Assembly (NCBI GenBank): GCA_965649825.1 | Contig: OZ287696.1 | Span: 1,646,081 to 1,710,080 of the forward strand | DNA: 64,000 nucleotides | Source: Penicillus capitatus | Taxonomy: Eukaryota; Plantae; Chlorophyta | Direction: 5' to 3' | Shown: one piece after another, positions 59,788 through 64,000 of the stretch | Position numbering within the stretch: position 1 is the stretch's first letter | Layout: every line of letters begins with the position of its first letter | Translations under genes and position numbers: made by a program | The notes under the pieces: generated by a model | What the model was told of the DNA's origin: nothing | Database searches by the model: none | The model's input: only the letters and a program-made list of their open reading frames with translations

Positions 59788-62574
59788 ATGATTACGCATG
59801 AACAAGTGCCCAAAAAGGCGAAGTTCGTTATCACTGGGTTCAAAGGTGAATGACTGTCTCTGTCGCGATCGTGGTCAACCTGAACGCCATCGACCACGTC
59901 TGTTTGTTCGTTCAGTAAAGCCGCAACTGCCTGTCGATTTTGAAGAGACATCTTGGAATAAACTGAGCGACGCCGTTAAGGCTGTTCAACAGAGTCGCCA
60001 AGTTGCCCTCAGTCTCGAGACACTCTATCGAGTACACCACTCTTCCCGCGATTCCCATTGGCACATCCATGTCGATTTTAGTGTGTGGAGAACATGTGCC
60101 TCCATGGCATGTCTGGTCGAGTCTATCAACGTCTCAGAGAGGTCCGGGCACGACGGAGATGACAGTCACGCCAAGTGGCTCTGACTGATTAGGTGTGTGA
60201 CTGTCACATCGGCCAGGCAGTGCAAGCTTTGACGGAGCATCTGACGCTGGAGCCCATTCCGTTTTTGCAGTACATGAAAGAGACGTGGAACCTTCACTGC
60301 AAACAGATGAAGCGCATCGGCTCCATCTTTCTATACCTCGACAGAACCTACGTTCTCTCCATTACAGGCACGAGAGAAGCATAACGGAAAGGACTCCCTA
60401 TGGAGTATCGCGTACAGGTGTTAAGTCGTTGTTTGACATGGGCCTGCAGCTATTTCTTTCGCATCTGGTTCGCCACGGGGAAGTGCTGGAGCGTACATTG
60501 GTTGGCCTCTTAAGCGTGATCGAAAATGAGAGATTGGGCTTCGCCGTGGATCGATCGATCCTGAAATCATTGTTGAAGATGTTCAGTCTCCTCGGCATCT
60601 ACGAAAAGCACTTTCAGCCACGCTTTCTTGAGAGAACAGCCGATTTCTATAAACAAGAGAGTGAAGAGAATCTGAGTCAGTGGGACATTCCGCAGTACAT
60701 GCTCTACTGCGAGGTCTGCCTGCCAGACTCAAGAGGATGAACCACGGTTCTGTTGTTCTAGAATCGACTGGCGGCTGAGCACGATCGCAGCGAGCAGTAT
60801 TTGGATCGTGTGACCCATCGACCTCTGTTGCAATGCGTAGAGGAGCAGCTTCTCAGGGCACGTAACGAAAACATCCTCCATGGGTTTTCTGATCTGATGG
60901 ATGACAACAGAACAGAAGATCTGGCTCGTCTCTATAATCTCTGCAGTTCTCGTTTCGAACCATCCCACAAAGATATGACATTCTGTGCTCTTCAGGCAAG
61001 ATCGATGCATTGGATAAGCTGAAGGTGGCGTTCAGTGATTACATCAAAGCAAGAGGGACAGCTATCATGATTGATGAAGCAAGGGTATGATAACGCTTCC
61101 TGTGCAGCTGTTTGCATCGCGCTGTCCTTCGATTAGGAGAAAGAGATGGTTTTGACACTGTTGGATTTCAAATCGAAGCTTGATAACGTCTTGGCGTCCT
61201 CCTTCCAAGTACAGCCGACCGACAGAAACAACGAATTTCAACAGGCGTTGAAAGAAGCCTTTGAGCGATTCATCAATCAGAAGGAGAACAAACCGGCAGA
61301 GCTCACTGCCAAGTTTATCGATTCCAAATTGAGGGTCGGGAACAAGGGACAGACAGAGGAGGAACTGGAGAGCATCTTGGACCAAGTCCTCGCCATTTTC
61401 CGTTTCATTCAGGTCCGACAATGGGCAAAGCTGCGCAATACGATTCTCACACAACCAATGCCGGTGTTCAGGGGAAGGATGTATTTGAGGCGTACTACAA
61501 AAAAGATCTCGCAAAACGATTGCTGTTTGGTAAGAGTGCTTCGATCGATGCCGAGAAAAGCATGATCAACAAACTCAAGGAAGAATGCGGTTTTCAGTTT
61601 ACAAACAACCTTGAAGGCATGTTTAACGATATGGAGATTTCGAAGGACATCATGGAGGCCTTCAAGAACTCTGTAAGTGCCATTGTTTGTGGATGGATGA
61701 TGGATAAGTGGATGATTCTTAGCCTGTCGCGTCCGAGAGCATGGCACAGTTTGGGCCAGAGATGAATGTCCAGGTGCTGAATTACGGCTATTGGCCGACG
61801 TACTCGATGTCAGAGATCCGCCTGCCAGAGGAACTCGTTCAGTGTCAGGAGATCTTTAAGGAATTCTACTTGCAAAAGCACAACGGCAGAAGACTGCAAT
61901 GGCAGAACTCTCTAGGCACGTGCATGATCAAAGCAAAGTTCAAGCGTGGAAACAAGGAGCTACAGACCAGTCTCTTTCAGGCATCTCTCATAGTGTGCCT
62001 CTCTCGAATGCAAACGGCCATTGCTTGCAGGCGATTGTACTCTTGTTGTTCAACGATGAGGACGAACTGACCTTCGCCCAGATCAGAGAAAGCAGCAGTC
62101 TGGAAGAGAAGGAGCTCAAGAGAACGATGCACTCTTTGAGCTGCGGGAAGATTAAGGTCTTGCAAAAGACGCCGAAATCTGCAGAAGTGCAAGTTGGTGA
62201 TACGTTCGCCTTCAATGAGAACTTTCAGGATTCTCGCATCCGTCTCTGCATCAACACCTTCCAGGTGAGGGAATCGGATGAGGAGAGTCAGAAAGTGCAC
62301 GAATCCATCATGCAAGATCGACAGTACCAGATCGATGCAGCGATCGTGCGGATCATGAAAATGCGAAAGACGCTCTCGCACAAACTCTTGATGAATGAGT
62401 TGATGACGCAGCTGAGATTTCCGTACAAGACAATCGACATCAAGAAGCGCATTGAATCTCTCATCGAAAGAGAATACATGGATCGAACGCTGGCGGATCC
62501 AGGAGTAGGTCGCTTCGTACATGGGCTCACATATCACACGTTCACTCTTCTAGATCTATCAGTACATTGCGTGA
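59788..62574 (+). CDS. CUL4: Cullin-4
   Basis: [86 protein letters not shown]. Confidence 0.96.
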
Positions 62575-62776
62575 GAGTGGATGTGAAGATGGGACAGTCG
62601 GACTCGGCGATGCAACTGAAAGATGTCCTGCGTGTAATTCATTGTGACACTTCTGCCATCCGCGTCTGTTCGATAAGAGAGTCGACCGACCGTAAAGGAC
62701 GATCGCTATCGGCATACATAGACACTGCACGAGACATCTGCACAGGAATGCCGTTGACATGCGTCGTATTTTGGGT

Positions 62777-63240
62777 CTATCTGTATTTGTCCATGATCTT
62801 GTTCGCTTTGGCAATCGGGTCGTCGTCGTCGTCGTCGTCGTCATCTTTGCTATCACGCAACGTTCCTGACGTGTCACTTTTTGTCGAGGACTGAAACAGA
62901 ATGTAGCCGATGGCTCCAATCACCGCCAGAAATACCACAGTCGACAGGACCTGCCAGACACAGCTGAGCGGATAGCTCTCGATCCATGCCATTCGTACGC
63001 ACTTGCTGAAAGAGAGAACCGATGATGGACAGGCCGATGATGGTGACGAGAATCTTTGCTGGGGTGCGCGGAATAAAGGATGGCACCCAGTCCACCACAC
63101 CATCCACGATCGCATTACTCTTTTTTAGTATATCTCACTCACATCACCATCTCACTCTTTTGTCTTAGCTTCCTTTCTTCTTCTTACCTTGCACAATCTC
63201 GCGATTGTCTCGATTTGCACAGAGTTTCATTGGACGCGTC
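62777..63240 (-). CDS. Small two-TM hypothetical protein, probably chloroplast
   Basis: VVDWVPSFIPRTPAKILVTIIGLSIIGSLFQQ|VLSTVVFLAVIGAIGYILF..DDDDDDDDPIAKANKIMDKYR*; 5' exon unresolved. Confidence 0.55.
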
Positions 63241-64000
63241 CATGATCCACGTGACGACGGAAGACGCACCGACCGTCGTTTCAAAACAGAAAGCGACGCC
63301 CTAGAATCACACCGCTATATACACACTCAGCTTCCTTCTAGCTGCGGGTCGAACGCATTGGGCGCGAAGGCTAAGCAGATTGCACACGGTCGACTCATGG
63401 ATGACATGAGACGCAACGTGACAAGTGGCCAAGCTTGAAGTATTTCTGGTTTGGGTGCGAACGAGAGTCACCCAAGCGACAACTGTCTCTCAACAGAAGG
63501 ACGATCCGCCCGATCCATCCTCCTCCCATTTCTCCGTACCACCTCTGAATCGCTCCATGCAGAAACTGTGCATGACATGTGTTAGGAGATGGTGAGATTG
63601 CGGATGCTCAGAGGCGTCTCACCGAAACGCACCTGCAAGAGGGAATCGAGAAAGTGTATTCGGGGAACTACAAAACCAATGAAGAGGTGGTCGTGGACTA
63701 GATGCAAGTACTTGTACTCAGCGAAAAAACTGGCAGAGTGCGCAAAGCAGGATGAACCCACAGATGAGAGATATCATCGATCTGTCAAAAGTCGGCTGAA
63801 AGATCTGCAGGTAAAAATTCTGACAGCTATTCGGCCCGTTTTCATTCAACATCATGTTACGGGTCTTGTGCGATGGACACAGATTAGAATCTGTCCCTGG
63901 AAGAAGCATTAAAACACGATCCGGTCGTTTAATCGGCACATTCACGTTCCTCTTCCCGATGTTCGGGCGTCGCGAGATTCTGCAGTACTGTGTAAGAAAC

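Noticed and set aside
62818-62845. (GTC)n microsatellite
   Set aside because: It encodes the poly-Asp tract of the minus-strand protein; it is not an independent element.
1-64000. Alternative genetic code (TAA/TAG = Gln, as in some ulvophytes) or stop readthrough
   Set aside because: Conserved proteins end at TAA/TAG/TGA where expected (KDEL-TAA, CBR-TAA, TECR-TAG), and internal stops are explained by introns.
1-64000. rRNA, tRNA, CRISPR arrays, intact transposons, viral or bacterial HGT islands
   Set aside because: No such signatures were seen; bacterial-type genes (MnmA, YrdC, uL30m) have spliceosomal introns or targeting peptides and plant orthologues.
63560-64000. Possible plus-strand gene at the right edge
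   Set aside because: The frames are ambiguous and the region is truncated by the window; no recognisable motif.

Overview
A gene-dense (~40 genes in 64 kb) nuclear segment of a compact green-algal (chlorophyte) genome, read in the standard genetic code, with many short introns (~45-70 nt in those measured). Chlorophyte identity rests on STT7, MRL1, an OPR-like protein, a BTA1-type domain and flagellar CFAP58; a Bryopsidales-like ulvophyte is only a guess. Recognisable genes: FAD glycerol-3-P dehydrogenase (5' part), an ELAV-like 3xRRM protein, an At5g27290-like M41/HEXXH protein, SPX, a rhodanese, CS+TPR, MnmA, TDP2, CFAP58, glucosidase II beta, an OPR-like repeat protein, STT7, CCT2, a KH protein, a BtaB-only betaine-lipid methyltransferase, TMEM163-like, uL30m, penta-EF-hand, TECR, NAD epimerase, cytochrome b5 reductase, YrdC/Sua5-like, TFIIIC90-like, VPS16, CNMT/CMAS-like methyltransferase, MRL1, GDT1/CMT1 and CUL4. 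No rRNA, tRNA, CRISPR or intact transposon was seen. The best leads are: (1) a split BTA1 with only the BtaB half plus an N-terminal anchor; (2) an exact ubiquitin C-terminal octapeptide LVLRLRGG inside the TFIIIC90-like protein; (3) a diverged direct plus inverted non-coding repeat complex upstream of the SPX phosphate sensor; (4) at least six GC-AG introns and frequent AAG acceptors; (5) several small spliced genes the ORF track misses. All gene models were assembled by eye, and boundaries flagged as uncertain need RNA-seq.
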